DNA from: a virus
Lineage: Duplodnaviria; Heunggongvirae; Uroviricota; Caudoviricetes
Direction: 5' to 3' (one strand)
Length of the DNA: 64,000 bases
IMG/VR virus record: IMGVR_UViG_3300042303_000041
Span: 70,648-134,647 of that record
Below, one piece after another: positions 1-9,521 of the stretch (its first letter is position 1; every line of letters begins with the position of its first letter). The position numbers were made by a program, and so were the translations under genes. Below the pieces are notes generated by a model, which was not told the DNA's origin, did not search any database, and saw only the letters and a program-made list of their open reading frames with translations.

Positions 1-86
1 AATAATTTCTTGAGATACAAAAATCTTTTTAAATCAGAGTCAAATTCTTCTAAGCTATGACACTGGACATTATCGTAGTGATGCAT
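1..86 (-). CDS. Possible partial small ORF running off the window start (ATG at 86..84, open to position 1)
   Basis: Manual translation of minus strand gives MHHYDNVQCHSLEEFDSDLKRFLYLKKL... with no stop before the window edge. Confidence 0.2.
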   Translation of the reverse strand, partial: MHHYDNVQCHSLEEFDSDLKRFLYLKKL

Positions 87-142
87 AGCAAATAGAAGAA
101 AGTTACTTTCATTCAGTTGATCATAAACCATAATCATTATAA

Positions 143-156
143 TGGGGCATATGCCC
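143..156 (-). terminator. Perfect palindrome GGGGCATATGCCCC immediately 3' of the 163..996 ORF, followed by an A/U-rich tract
   Basis: Palindrome read directly from the sequence; lies downstream of the stop on the coding (minus) strand. Confidence 0.45.
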
Positions 157-162
157 CATTAA

Positions 163-996
163 TTAAGCAACAGTTAAAGTCACTGCACTAGAAGTCACAT
201 CAGCAGCACCAGCTGTAGAGATAACTACACGATACTTGTCACCATCTGTGGCACCAGCGCCGTCACCAGTTGCTGTAGCACCAGTAGTGTAGCTTGCGTT
301 AGTTGCAGCAGAGATGTTAGCCCATGCGCCAGCACCTTCTTGTTGGATCTGCCATTGATATGTCAAGTCACCGTCACCAGTTGCAGTAGCTACAACAGAG
401 AATGTTGCAGGTGCTGGAGCAGTAACTGATGCGTTACTAGGTTGTGTACCAATAGTGATAGCACGATCAACTGTAATAGTATCTTCAGCATCGCCAGATA
501 CAGCAGCAGTAGAAGCCAATGCAACCAAACACTCTGCCTTGTGACGAGTGCTAGACTGAGAGTCTGTATAAGTACGATAGATCCACCAGCCTGCACCAGT
601 GATACCTTTAGCCTTGTTTGCAGCAACGCTTGCTTCGTTAGAGTCAACAAAGACTACAGTTGGAGCAGTTAGTTGAAGAGTGTCTGCAGTACCTGCGCCA
701 ACAGCGGATAGGTTAATTGCAGTTCCTGCAGTTGCATTAGATGCAGTAGTTGCAAGTTTAATGCTATCGCCATTAACACGAATAGCAAAGTATGTAGTGC
801 CATCAGTCAAACCACCAATTGCAGTTCCTGAAGATTCATATGCAACTGCATCAGCAGTCATGAATCCATGTCCTGGAATTGCAATAGTCTCAGCAGTTGT
901 GTTGACAACGCTGGTTGAAGTTGCGTCGAAAGTGTTTAGTTTAGTTAGATGCTTTGGTTTATCAGCCAATGTATCTGTTTTTCCCCATAGTGCCAT
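163..996 (-). CDS. Ala/Thr/Gly-rich protein with a C-terminal Ig-like repeat (Hoc-like capsid decoration or fiber candidate)
   Basis: 277-aa ORF; C-terminal region 'DLTYQWQ...YRVVISTAGA...VTLTVA' resembles bacterial Ig-like (I-set) domains as in T4 Hoc. Confidence 0.4.
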   Translation of the reverse strand: MALWGKTDTLADKPKHLTKLNTFDATSTSVVNTTAETIAIPGHGFMTADAVAYESSGTAIGGLTDGTTYFAIRVNGDSIKLATTASNATAGTAINLSAVGAGTADTLQLTAPTVVFVDSNEASVAANKAKGITGAGWWIYRTYTDSQSSTRHKAECLVALASTAAVSGDAEDTITVDRAITIGTQPSNASVTAPAPATFSVVATATGDGDLTYQWQIQQEGAGAWANISAATNASYTTGATATGDGAGATDGDKYRVVISTAGAADVTSSAVTLTVA

Positions 997-1011
997 GGTT
1001 TTTCTCCTTAA

Positions 1012-3636
1012 TTATCTTGATGGAAGACGTAGTGAATGAGTAGCCATTCCACCTGATTCGTCTGATTTTGTTGTTACCTTCTGATTTGCACCAGACTTGG
1101 ATCCTGCAGGGCGACCACGACCACGTCTCTCTTGGGTCTTTGGTGCTTCTGCGGTGTCATTGTCGCTGAAACGACGAGTAGCTCTTACACCCTTGCCCGT
1201 ATCAACGATATCATGTCGTGCGCCAGCGCCAGTTGTGCGCTCTTTATCTGCGAATTTCTTTTTATATTCTGCTGTTCCTGGCCATAGTGCTTCCATGAAC
1301 TCTTTATATGTCATTGGCATGTCTACTCCTTCGCGCATTTGTCCGCCAAGATTTTTACTAACAGCGAACTTGTGAGTTTCGCCACCACCAACTTTACCAC
1401 CCTTGTTAGCTTGAACATGAATGTTCTTGCCATCGTTCTTAGTGACTTTACCAGAGATCTTATCACCAGTCTTAGAGTGATAGAAATCAATCTCTTGACC
1501 ACTCTTCATGTACTGCGCCATTGTTGGGTGCATCTTACCAGCTTGAGCAAACTCACGATGGTTGACTTCATCGATCTGTTCAACTTCTTCTTTAGCCAAA
1601 CGGTCAATTGCTGCGTCAACGCCATCTCTGCGTCGAACGTATTTTTCTTTGTATTTTAGAGCCTTTGCATCTGCTGCTTTTTTAATGTCTGGTTTTCTTG
1701 ATCTATCGCTTATATTATCATAGTCACCAGCATATTTGTGTTTAACTGCGGCATCTCTCATTGCTTTCTTAGCATAAGAACTTAAAGTCTTTTTGCTCAG
1801 TTCATCTAGTTCTTCAACTTCTTCTTTAACCATACCAGCATGATTAGAGTCGTGGACGATATATCCTTTTTTCTTATAGAACTTTTCGCCTACTTTCTTA
1901 GCACCCTCTTTGTTATCACTGTGTGTAACGATAACAGTCTTTTGAATCTTTTCTTTACGCTTAGAAACCATTGTATGGTCAGGATCAGAAACTGTTACAG
2001 AGATACGATGCTTCATTAAAGATGGAGCAACTGGTGCTTGTTCTTCAATTTCTTCCTCTTCTTTCAGTCTACCATCTGCTTGAGCAGATCTTAGCATGGC
2101 TGCACGATCCGCATAACTGCTACGCTTAACATCTTTAGCAGCTTTCTTCTCACCTGGAGTTGGATTCTTAACGTGCTTAAGTGGATCAAACTTTTCTTCC
2201 ATTTCTTCCTCTTCTTTACGTAAGAGTTTGAAGTCATGGGCATCAACTTTGCCATTCTTGTTCTTATCGATCTTGTGCTGATTGCCTTTGAGTTCTTCTT
2301 CGACTTCTTCAGTCTCTTCTTTGACTCCACGCTCAGCTTCTAGCTTTGCAGCAATTGCCATCTGGCGCTTCTTTTCATCGGACTTGCCAGCAAACTGAGG
2401 TGCGTCAGACTTTTGAAAGTCTTTAATAACATCACCCATAGATGCTTTGGAAAGATTCATCTTTTCCATAATGTCTTTAAAACTTAACATAGAGGTTTCC
2501 TTTTCTTCGTGGAACGATGGAGTTTTACCAGTAACACGTTTATAATTATCTGCAGATTTCTTGGCTTTTTCTTCTGCATCTTTGGCGATATCATGGTCAC
2601 CTTTGGCTTTAGCGTTCTTAGCAGCCTGAGTGTATCTACGATAATCCATGAGATGATTTTCTTCTAAATCAACTTCTTCTTTTTTAACCTTGTCTTTATG
2701 CTTCATGGCAAGTTCATGGTGTTGCTCAGCCTTCTCAGCATGCTTATCTGCTTCACCATGGCGACCTCTGCTTCCATGCCACTCAGCCATATTGTCATGA
2801 TGGTCTGCCATATGCAAGTGGTAGTCAAACGTGTTACCATACTTCTTAGCAGCGTCGGCAGAACGTTTATTTTCTTCTGCCTTTTCGAATGCGCCTTCAG
2901 TCACAAGATCTTCATTAGTCTTACGAGCACCAGTGATACGATCTAAAGCACGATCAACACCTGCCTTGCGCTTCTTGCCCATATCTTTTGCAATACGATC
3001 ATACATGTTTGGTTTAATACCAACTTTATCTAGATGTTTCTTTGTAGCAGCGCCATAGTAATCACCAGCAAGTTTAGAAGAGATCTCATCAATCTGATCA
3101 ACTTCTTCCGAGTAAGAACGACCAGACTTTTCGTCTCTGCCACCTAGTGGTTTGTATGGTTCTGCTTTATTATTGACTGGTTTAGCATTGGCTCTTGCTT
3201 CAGCTGCCTTTTTAGCCCAATGAGCTTTTTCTTCTGGACTTTGTTCGTGCTTCTTCAAGATCTTTTGCATATAGTCAGGAAACAAGTGGTGGTCTTCGTA
3301 ACCTTCTTTAACTGGTTTACGCCACTCTTTATTTCCATGATGACGATCTAGATGACGCTCTAACGCTTTCTTATCATCAGCTGTTACATTCTTGTGATAG
3401 TATGCTTTCTTTGCAGTAGCAGAGTCATACATTTTAGGATTACTTGCGATCTCGCTTGGATCTAGTGATTCATCCAATTCAATTTCTTCTTTAACATCAT
3501 CACGCTCAGAATCTTCTTTATCTTTAAAGACAATATACTTATGCGCTTTTCTTCCAGAAGGAGAAACTTTATAGTCTGAACGAGCCATCTCTTCTTTTTC
3601 TGAGATTTTCGTTAGCAGTTGTGAATACTTTAGCAT
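1012..3636 (-). CDS. 874-aa extremely K/E/D-rich, low-complexity charged protein (possible internal virion or ejected protein); function unknown
   Basis: Long ORF with pervasive KE/KK/EE tracts and almost no hydrophobic core segments. Confidence 0.5.
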   Translation of the reverse strand: MLKYSQLLTKISEKEEMARSDYKVSPSGRKAHKYIVFKDKEDSERDDVKEEIELDESLDPSEIASNPKMYDSATAKKAYYHKNVTADDKKALERHLDRHHGNKEWRKPVKEGYEDHHLFPDYMQKILKKHEQSPEEKAHWAKKAAEARANAKPVNNKAEPYKPLGGRDEKSGRSYSEEVDQIDEISSKLAGDYYGAATKKHLDKVGIKPNMYDRIAKDMGKKRKAGVDRALDRITGARKTNEDLVTEGAFEKAEENKRSADAAKKYGNTFDYHLHMADHHDNMAEWHGSRGRHGEADKHAEKAEQHHELAMKHKDKVKKEEVDLEENHLMDYRRYTQAAKNAKAKGDHDIAKDAEEKAKKSADNYKRVTGKTPSFHEEKETSMLSFKDIMEKMNLSKASMGDVIKDFQKSDAPQFAGKSDEKKRQMAIAAKLEAERGVKEETEEVEEELKGNQHKIDKNKNGKVDAHDFKLLRKEEEEMEEKFDPLKHVKNPTPGEKKAAKDVKRSSYADRAAMLRSAQADGRLKEEEEIEEQAPVAPSLMKHRISVTVSDPDHTMVSKRKEKIQKTVIVTHSDNKEGAKKVGEKFYKKKGYIVHDSNHAGMVKEEVEELDELSKKTLSSYAKKAMRDAAVKHKYAGDYDNISDRSRKPDIKKAADAKALKYKEKYVRRRDGVDAAIDRLAKEEVEQIDEVNHREFAQAGKMHPTMAQYMKSGQEIDFYHSKTGDKISGKVTKNDGKNIHVQANKGGKVGGGETHKFAVSKNLGGQMREGVDMPMTYKEFMEALWPGTAEYKKKFADKERTTGAGARHDIVDTGKGVRATRRFSDNDTAEAPKTQERRGRGRPAGSKSGANQKVTTKSDESGGMATHSLRLPSR

Positions 3637-3637
3637 G

Positions 3638-4099
3638 TTAGTCCTCGATCTTTAAGCATGAACGAATCATCCACGCATGCTTTTTATGTTTGTCTAATCT
3701 TGATGCAGCGTAGTCAGCCATGCCCTGTTCATTAGCAGAAGAAGCAACATCGAATAATTTATTTAGGTTTGCTATTAACTCTTGATTGTCTTTGTTTAGG
3801 TTTCCAAGCATGCCCATTACAGTGCTAGGCTTAAAGGTATCTTCGTCAATAGATTTATACTCATATAGTTGCATCACGGACAGCGGTGCATATTCACCCA
3901 ATACTCTTAGGTACTCTGCCACAGGATCTACTTGAGCATAAACATCAGAATAGATCTCTGCAAAGAAGTCGTGGTATTCGTTGAAGTTAATACCCTCAAC
4001 ATTCCAGTGATACGATTGCGCTTTAAAGTACATGACAAACTGATTTGCCATTAGTACCTTTAGCGTTGCTTTTAGTTCATCCATATTTAGCAGTTCCAC
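3638..4099 (-). CDS. dps: Dps-like ferritin (DNA-protection-during-starvation family)
   Basis: 153 aa; motif 'SYHWNVEGINFNEYHDFFAEIY...DPVAEYLRVLGE' matches the Dps ferroxidase-centre signature (HWNVxGxNFxxxH...D..AER..LG). Confidence 0.7.
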   Translation of the reverse strand: MELLNMDELKATLKVLMANQFVMYFKAQSYHWNVEGINFNEYHDFFAEIYSDVYAQVDPVAEYLRVLGEYAPLSVMQLYEYKSIDEDTFKPSTVMGMLGNLNKDNQELIANLNKLFDVASSANEQGMADYAASRLDKHKKHAWMIRSCLKIED

Positions 4100-4905
4100 T
4101 TTCTAAGAGCCAGAGCTTTACGTGTTGGCTCTCCGTTTGGTTTCTTCATCGAGCCTTCCATACCACCCATACGTGCGCAGAAAGACTTACGGCGATTAGC
4201 AGCTTTGCTACCAGCTTTTAGCTTTGATGGTGGAGTAGTAACTGCCATCTTTAAGTTACCACCAGTCTTAGCATTGTAAGCATCAACACCCTTTTGTGTT
4301 AAACCACCTTCAGAAGACTTGTGTCCTTTTTTATCGATAGCATATTCTAGCAATTCAGTATCGTCAACTGATTCTAAAGCTTCCCAGATAGCTTCTGAAT
4401 CAAGACTATGTTCTTTAGCTAATTCCTCAACAGTTTCTTCAATAACATCAAATTGCTCGTCCGCAGATAGTTCTTCTTTAATAGAACTTTCTGACTTTCT
4501 ATTATCCAATTTGGTAAACGCTTTAACAAAATTAGGACCACTTTTCATGCGTTTTGCGTCACTGCGTTTTGTGGGATCCATTCTGTGCTTAAGGTTATCT
4601 TTATCTAATTTTGTTAGATAACTGGTTAGCGTAGCATCACTAACTTCCGCCACAACTTCTTCATTTGCTGCTTTGAATGCTGCATCAGTAGGAGCACCTT
4701 TGCTACCTGGCTTACGCATTTTCTCGCCAGAGCCAGCTTTGATACGCTTGCGCTTAGCGTGGATATTATCCCATAAGCCACGTTCGCCTTCGCCTAATTG
4801 TTCTTTAACGCAAGATCCAGGTGCGCATGGCTTTGTTCCAGGAACACGTTTGTGTCCTTTCCAGCAGTCACATGCTTCTTTTAAGTAGTCTTTAAATGAA
4901 TTCAT
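4087..4905 (-). CDS. 272-aa lysine-rich protein with an N-terminal Cys cluster (CDCW...C..GSC); function unknown
   Basis: ORF track; basic and charged composition; ATG overlaps the downstream gene's start region. Confidence 0.45.
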   Translation of the reverse strand: MNSFKDYLKEACDCWKGHKRVPGTKPCAPGSCVKEQLGEGERGLWDNIHAKRKRIKAGSGEKMRKPGSKGAPTDAAFKAANEEVVAEVSDATLTSYLTKLDKDNLKHRMDPTKRSDAKRMKSGPNFVKAFTKLDNRKSESSIKEELSADEQFDVIEETVEELAKEHSLDSEAIWEALESVDDTELLEYAIDKKGHKSSEGGLTQKGVDAYNAKTGGNLKMAVTTPPSKLKAGSKAANRRKSFCARMGGMEGSMKKPNGEPTRKALALRKWNC

Positions 4906-4914
4906 AATTGTTCC

Positions 4915-7155
4915 TTACATTGCTACACTTGGTGTAGATTGCGTATACTTAGTGTGAGACAATCTAGCCTTTTCCATTTTACGTACACGTGGAGCCAGCT
5001 TCATAGCAACTCTATTGATAGTATCTTTACGCTTTTCTAGAGTTCTTTCAATTCTTTCTTTCTCACCTACAGATAGTTTATTGATATCGCGACCACGAAC
5101 CATACGCTGCTTCATTAACTTAATGGCAAGACGTCTTGCTCTTTTGTTAATTGTTGCAGGTGGGGAGTAACGCTTTAGTGCAATTTTAACGGAACGTTCA
5201 CGCTTTGATTGGGTCTTAGCCAAACGCACACGAGCACGGATTCTTTCTGCTCTAGAAAGAACTTCCATTAAGGTAGATTCTTTGATCTTTTTATTTTCTT
5301 CGTCATCTTCGATTTCTTCACCAGTGTCATCATCGACTAGAGAAAACTCATCATCTTCATATGCATCATAGTAGTCATCGTCAGACATCTTTTCGATATC
5401 GTCATCGAAGTTGTCATCAAAGTCTTCTTCTGGGGTGTGAATTGCAGGCATTTCTGGTGTGTTGTTTACAAATGCATCTTGAGCTTGACTAACTGTTCCA
5501 AGCATTTGAGAGTCATCTGGTAACTTAACTGCTTTACCTTCGATAGTCTTTTCGCCTAATTGTTTTCTAATCTTTGCAAGACGAGCATGATCACTACCTA
5601 CTACTGCAGGATGTAAAGTATGACCAGTCTTCATTTTATGATTGTGTTGGATTGCATCTTGCTGAACCATCAGTAGATCTTCTTCATTCTCTTCTTTTAG
5701 CTTTTGTGGCTTAAGAGTTCCATCAAACTTAATACCAACATCAGTAGCTAGTTGAAGCATGTTGTCTAAGATCTTCAATGCTTCTGCGTTTAGAGCTTTA
5801 TTCTTTACCTTGCGTAAGGCAGAATTAACCAACTGTTCTGGAGAACTTGACGCTTCAGCATTCTCAGTTCCAAGCATAGTTGCTATCATACGAGCAACTT
5901 TTACTTTGTCAGTTGATTTTAATGTCTTGTTTGTTAATTCTTCGTTCATATCTTCCTCTATGGATTCTTGGAATTCTGCTTTACCAGTTTCTGCAAAGTC
6001 ACCAAGCATAGCTTCCAATTCGTGTTGATGCATATGCCAATAATCCATATGATGCATAAATTCTCCGACTCTGTCTAGAGATTCTTTGGCTTTATCGTGA
6101 GCAGCTTTCCAATCATTAACTTCGTCTGGTTGTGGACCTTCACCATATCCAATATGGGAATCGTTCAAACCCATATATGTATCAGTTGCTTTGATAGCAT
6201 TTAAGACTGCGATTGGATCGGCAGCGCCAGCACGTTCAATAGTTTGCATAAATGCTTTTGCAGCATCAGGAACGTGGTGGAAATTCTTTGTGGTATAGCC
6301 CTTAAATGTAATTTCATCTGGAGCATAGCCTACAGGAACATCTTCTCTGATTTTAGTTTTTGCTAAAACTACATCATGTAACCACTTGCGGTGGGTATTT
6401 CCTACAGAGTCAACAACTGTTAGATAGTTAGCGCCTCTGTCTAAGATCTCATATGTAGAACCACCACTTTCTACAAATTGTCCTATTTGGAATATCTTAC
6501 CTTTGTGATACTTCTCACGGATAGCATCAACTGTAAACTTTACTTGTTCTTTAACAACGTCTAGACCCATACCTTGACGAACGTCATTCATCAAACGACG
6601 ACCATCAATGTCTCTCATAGAAGAAGGTAAACCCTTCTTGAACTGAGCATAGTCACCTTTAGAAGCAACAGCACGCATCTTAGAAGCAGACATACCTGAT
6701 GCGTCATCAGAGTCTGGATCTCGTTCACCTGCAGAAATAACCATTACCGAATCGAAATGAAACTCTTGACCATTATATCGGTTCAAGAGTTTCTCGTATT
6801 CAGGAATTCGGTCGCTGCCAGCAACCATGATTAAGTTCTTATACTTTTTATTAAGTTCTTTTGCTGCTTCAATAAACGTACGAACAGTTGCACTTGCTGC
6901 AACGAATTTGGTGTCAGGGAACATAAGGTTCAAATAGTGAACCTTCTTTTCTACAGTTAGGGGATTCTTTTTAGCATCTAGAGTTTTAGATGCATAGATG
7001 GCGTGAGAAGCATTGTGAGTCTTAGCTAATTTCTTAACTGTCTTGACTAATAGCTCGTGCCCAGATGTGGGTGGGTTGAATCTACCGAATGCGAAAACAA
7101 CGGTATTGGAAGGCAACTCTCGGACTAACTGATTAAACTTTTTCATTGTTTCCAT
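4915..7155 (-). CDS. NMNAT/NadD-type nucleotidyltransferase domain (N-terminal) fused to a ~550-aa charged and acidic C-terminal extension
   Basis: 'FGRFNPPTSGHELL' is an (H/T)xGH motif and 'SGMSASKMR' an ISSTxxR-like motif of the cytidylyl/adenylyltransferase superfamily; C-terminal DD/EE tracts. Confidence 0.55.
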   Translation of the reverse strand: METMKKFNQLVRELPSNTVVFAFGRFNPPTSGHELLVKTVKKLAKTHNASHAIYASKTLDAKKNPLTVEKKVHYLNLMFPDTKFVAASATVRTFIEAAKELNKKYKNLIMVAGSDRIPEYEKLLNRYNGQEFHFDSVMVISAGERDPDSDDASGMSASKMRAVASKGDYAQFKKGLPSSMRDIDGRRLMNDVRQGMGLDVVKEQVKFTVDAIREKYHKGKIFQIGQFVESGGSTYEILDRGANYLTVVDSVGNTHRKWLHDVVLAKTKIREDVPVGYAPDEITFKGYTTKNFHHVPDAAKAFMQTIERAGAADPIAVLNAIKATDTYMGLNDSHIGYGEGPQPDEVNDWKAAHDKAKESLDRVGEFMHHMDYWHMHQHELEAMLGDFAETGKAEFQESIEEDMNEELTNKTLKSTDKVKVARMIATMLGTENAEASSSPEQLVNSALRKVKNKALNAEALKILDNMLQLATDVGIKFDGTLKPQKLKEENEEDLLMVQQDAIQHNHKMKTGHTLHPAVVGSDHARLAKIRKQLGEKTIEGKAVKLPDDSQMLGTVSQAQDAFVNNTPEMPAIHTPEEDFDDNFDDDIEKMSDDDYYDAYEDDEFSLVDDDTGEEIEDDEENKKIKESTLMEVLSRAERIRARVRLAKTQSKRERSVKIALKRYSPPATINKRARRLAIKLMKQRMVRGRDINKLSVGEKERIERTLEKRKDTINRVAMKLAPRVRKMEKARLSHTKYTQSTPSVAM

Positions 7156-7209
7156 CTATAAAAATATATCTACTATTATTTAGTCATTTTAAATTCTGAC
7201 TTATACATA

Positions 7210-8631
7210 CTAGTTATGTTCTTGCCAGTTTACTATACCAACAGCATCATCATTGTTAGTAGTGGCGATTGCTGCTAAGCACCATATGTCTGACACACCT
7301 GCTATGGTTCTACCTAATTGTTGGCTAAAGTCTATGTCATTGGAAGTAACCTGAGCAGATCCACCCTTGTTAGATCCTACAAATACACCTTGTGTTATTA
7401 CTTTTCCACCAGAAAGAGCAGTTGCAGAAATGTCATATTCTACTGTGCTATCTGTACCAGCAGAAGTCCAATTGGCTCCCGTGAGAGTTGGATTAAGAAT
7501 AATACGATATGCAAAAGCTGCTAGTTGTAATCCAAATACATCAAATGCGGTTGGAACTACAATAGAGTCTATAGCAGTTGACGCCAATCTTAAACATACT
7601 AAAGGTCTATAAACTGTGTTGCTAAGATCTTTACCAGTCAGTGCTGTTCCTATGGCACGGGTTTCGCTACGATTCATATAGCCACCCTCTGATATAACTG
7701 TGGAACAGATCGCTCTCATTGAAGCTGCTGGTCCAGTACTAATAATTTCATATCGTAACGGTAATGTAGCAGTGGTCATATAGACTTTGTTTGCTATATT
7801 AGCATGATGAAAAGTATGACACACAATAAACTGTCCATCTATAACAAATCCGCAACGAACCGATCCTACACCTAACCATTCAATGTCACACCAAAAAATC
7901 TGTGCTTTAGAAACATCTAATGTTATTCCACTAGCTCCAGTCCCATCTAATTTATCACCATTCCAAGAACTTTGAGCGAACTTTTCTGTAGTGTCATCTA
8001 CTGAACCAGAAGTATATTTTCTAATAACAAGATTTTTTGTGGTTCCTGCTACTTCAAAATAGATTCCGTTCTGTGCTCCAAAATATCCAGCTCGTTGAGT
8101 AACTCCAGCAGTAGGAGTATTCATAACAAAAGTCAACATACTTAATAAACTTTTTCCAGGCTGATAGGAAAACACTTGTTTACTCTGACGAATAGCTGAT
8201 CCTGCGCCAGTGGTTGCCATTAATATAGAACTTTCATTTGGCAAGAAAGTTGAAGCTGCTGCACCAATATCCTGTTGATCCCACTTAAATGCGTTGTCCG
8301 AAAAGCGCACACCCCCATCAAATAAAGTATATGGATTACTCACACGCAGTCTACCGAATGCATCTGATTGAGTTGGAGCAAAGAAACTCGAGTCAGAAGT
8401 TCCCTTAACAAAGATTGGATTTGTATCAGAATTGGTTGATGTATTCTTAGATACTGGAATTGGATTACCAGAATCATTTTTAATCTCTCCATCAAATACT
8501 GCTGGAATAGTTAGACCAGTATCAACAAAGATTGGATTTTCTGAAGAGTTTACTGTAGTGTTCTTTGATACTGGTAATGGATTACCAGTATCATTCTTAA
8601 CTTCTTGATTGTTTGTGAACAAATATGTCAT
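7210..8631 (-). CDS. 473-aa protein with an N-terminal tandem ~27-aa repeat (NDxGNPxPVSKNTxxNSxxNPIFV); putative virion or fiber-associated protein
   Basis: Two near-identical repeat units in the first 80 aa; 4-nt overlap with the upstream 297-aa ORF suggests translational coupling. Confidence 0.4.
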   Translation of the reverse strand: MTYLFTNNQEVKNDTGNPLPVSKNTTVNSSENPIFVDTGLTIPAVFDGEIKNDSGNPIPVSKNTSTNSDTNPIFVKGTSDSSFFAPTQSDAFGRLRVSNPYTLFDGGVRFSDNAFKWDQQDIGAAASTFLPNESSILMATTGAGSAIRQSKQVFSYQPGKSLLSMLTFVMNTPTAGVTQRAGYFGAQNGIYFEVAGTTKNLVIRKYTSGSVDDTTEKFAQSSWNGDKLDGTGASGITLDVSKAQIFWCDIEWLGVGSVRCGFVIDGQFIVCHTFHHANIANKVYMTTATLPLRYEIISTGPAASMRAICSTVISEGGYMNRSETRAIGTALTGKDLSNTVYRPLVCLRLASTAIDSIVVPTAFDVFGLQLAAFAYRIILNPTLTGANWTSAGTDSTVEYDISATALSGGKVITQGVFVGSNKGGSAQVTSNDIDFSQQLGRTIAGVSDIWCLAAIATTNNDDAVGIVNWQEHN

Positions 8632-9521
8632 ACGATTCTCCAGCCATTGCGATATATCATCTGAATGGCACCATTGTTAATTTGAATTATAAATCCGCCA
8701 GCATCATTGTCAACATTGCCGAGGACAGTAATAGGGTTTGTTTCTGCATCACCATCTTCATCTTTGATGATCAACATACGACCAGAATTTGCAGATGTTG
8801 GTAGGGTTATGGTAACTGGACCAGCATAGTTGACACCAATGTAGTAATCAGTATCCTGAACAGTATAAGTTGTAGTAGTCACTTCAGTTGTATTATATAC
8901 AACTTCATATGGATTGATGTCATCAAATACAAATTTCTTGCGAGCACCATCATACTTTAACCAACGACCATCAGAGATTGTTTCTCTTGCAACGTCGTCT
9001 AGATAGCGAAGGTTTACTTCACCACCACCTGGACCAGCATTTTGAATCTTACTAATCCACTGTTCAAGAAATTTAATCTTGTCCTTTACAGTTTTAATAT
9101 CACGTTGCGTGACATCTGGTTCTTGTTTCTGCGGTGGCAGATATGATGCAACATCTGGCAGTTGTGCAGCAGGTGGGACAACTCCGATAGGTGTTGGTAG
9201 TGGAGCAACTTCAATAAGAACTTCTTCAACGATAGGTTCAACTACTGTTTCAAGTTCTTCTTTCTGCTTCTTTAGAGAAGATAGTTCTGCGAAAACATCA
9301 TTCAGATCGAACTCAAGTTTTTCTTTGAGTTGACTCTTGATCTCTTTAGTTTTCTGAACCTTAGGATCTTGACTCTTGATGATAGATATCTCTGAGAATA
9401 AACTTCCCAGATCTGTCTTGATGTTTTCTTTGATTTCCTGAGAACGAATGGCAACTGGGTCTTTCTTTTTACCCTCTGCCATTAGTTTCAGAAAATCATT
9501 TAATTCGCTCATCTCTGCCAT
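8628..9521 (-). CDS. 297-aa coiled-coil protein with a foldon-like motif (DGRWLKYDGARKKFVF) and a beta-rich C-terminal domain; fibritin-like fiber candidate
   Basis: N-terminal heptad-like K/E-rich segment; the 'DGxW..YDG...V' pattern resembles the T4 fibritin foldon (DGQAYVRKDGEWV). Confidence 0.35.
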   Translation of the reverse strand: MAEMSELNDFLKLMAEGKKKDPVAIRSQEIKENIKTDLGSLFSEISIIKSQDPKVQKTKEIKSQLKEKLEFDLNDVFAELSSLKKQKEELETVVEPIVEEVLIEVAPLPTPIGVVPPAAQLPDVASYLPPQKQEPDVTQRDIKTVKDKIKFLEQWISKIQNAGPGGGEVNLRYLDDVARETISDGRWLKYDGARKKFVFDDINPYEVVYNTTEVTTTTYTVQDTDYYIGVNYAGPVTITLPTSANSGRMLIIKDEDGDAETNPITVLGNVDNDAGGFIIQINNGAIQMIYRNGWRIV

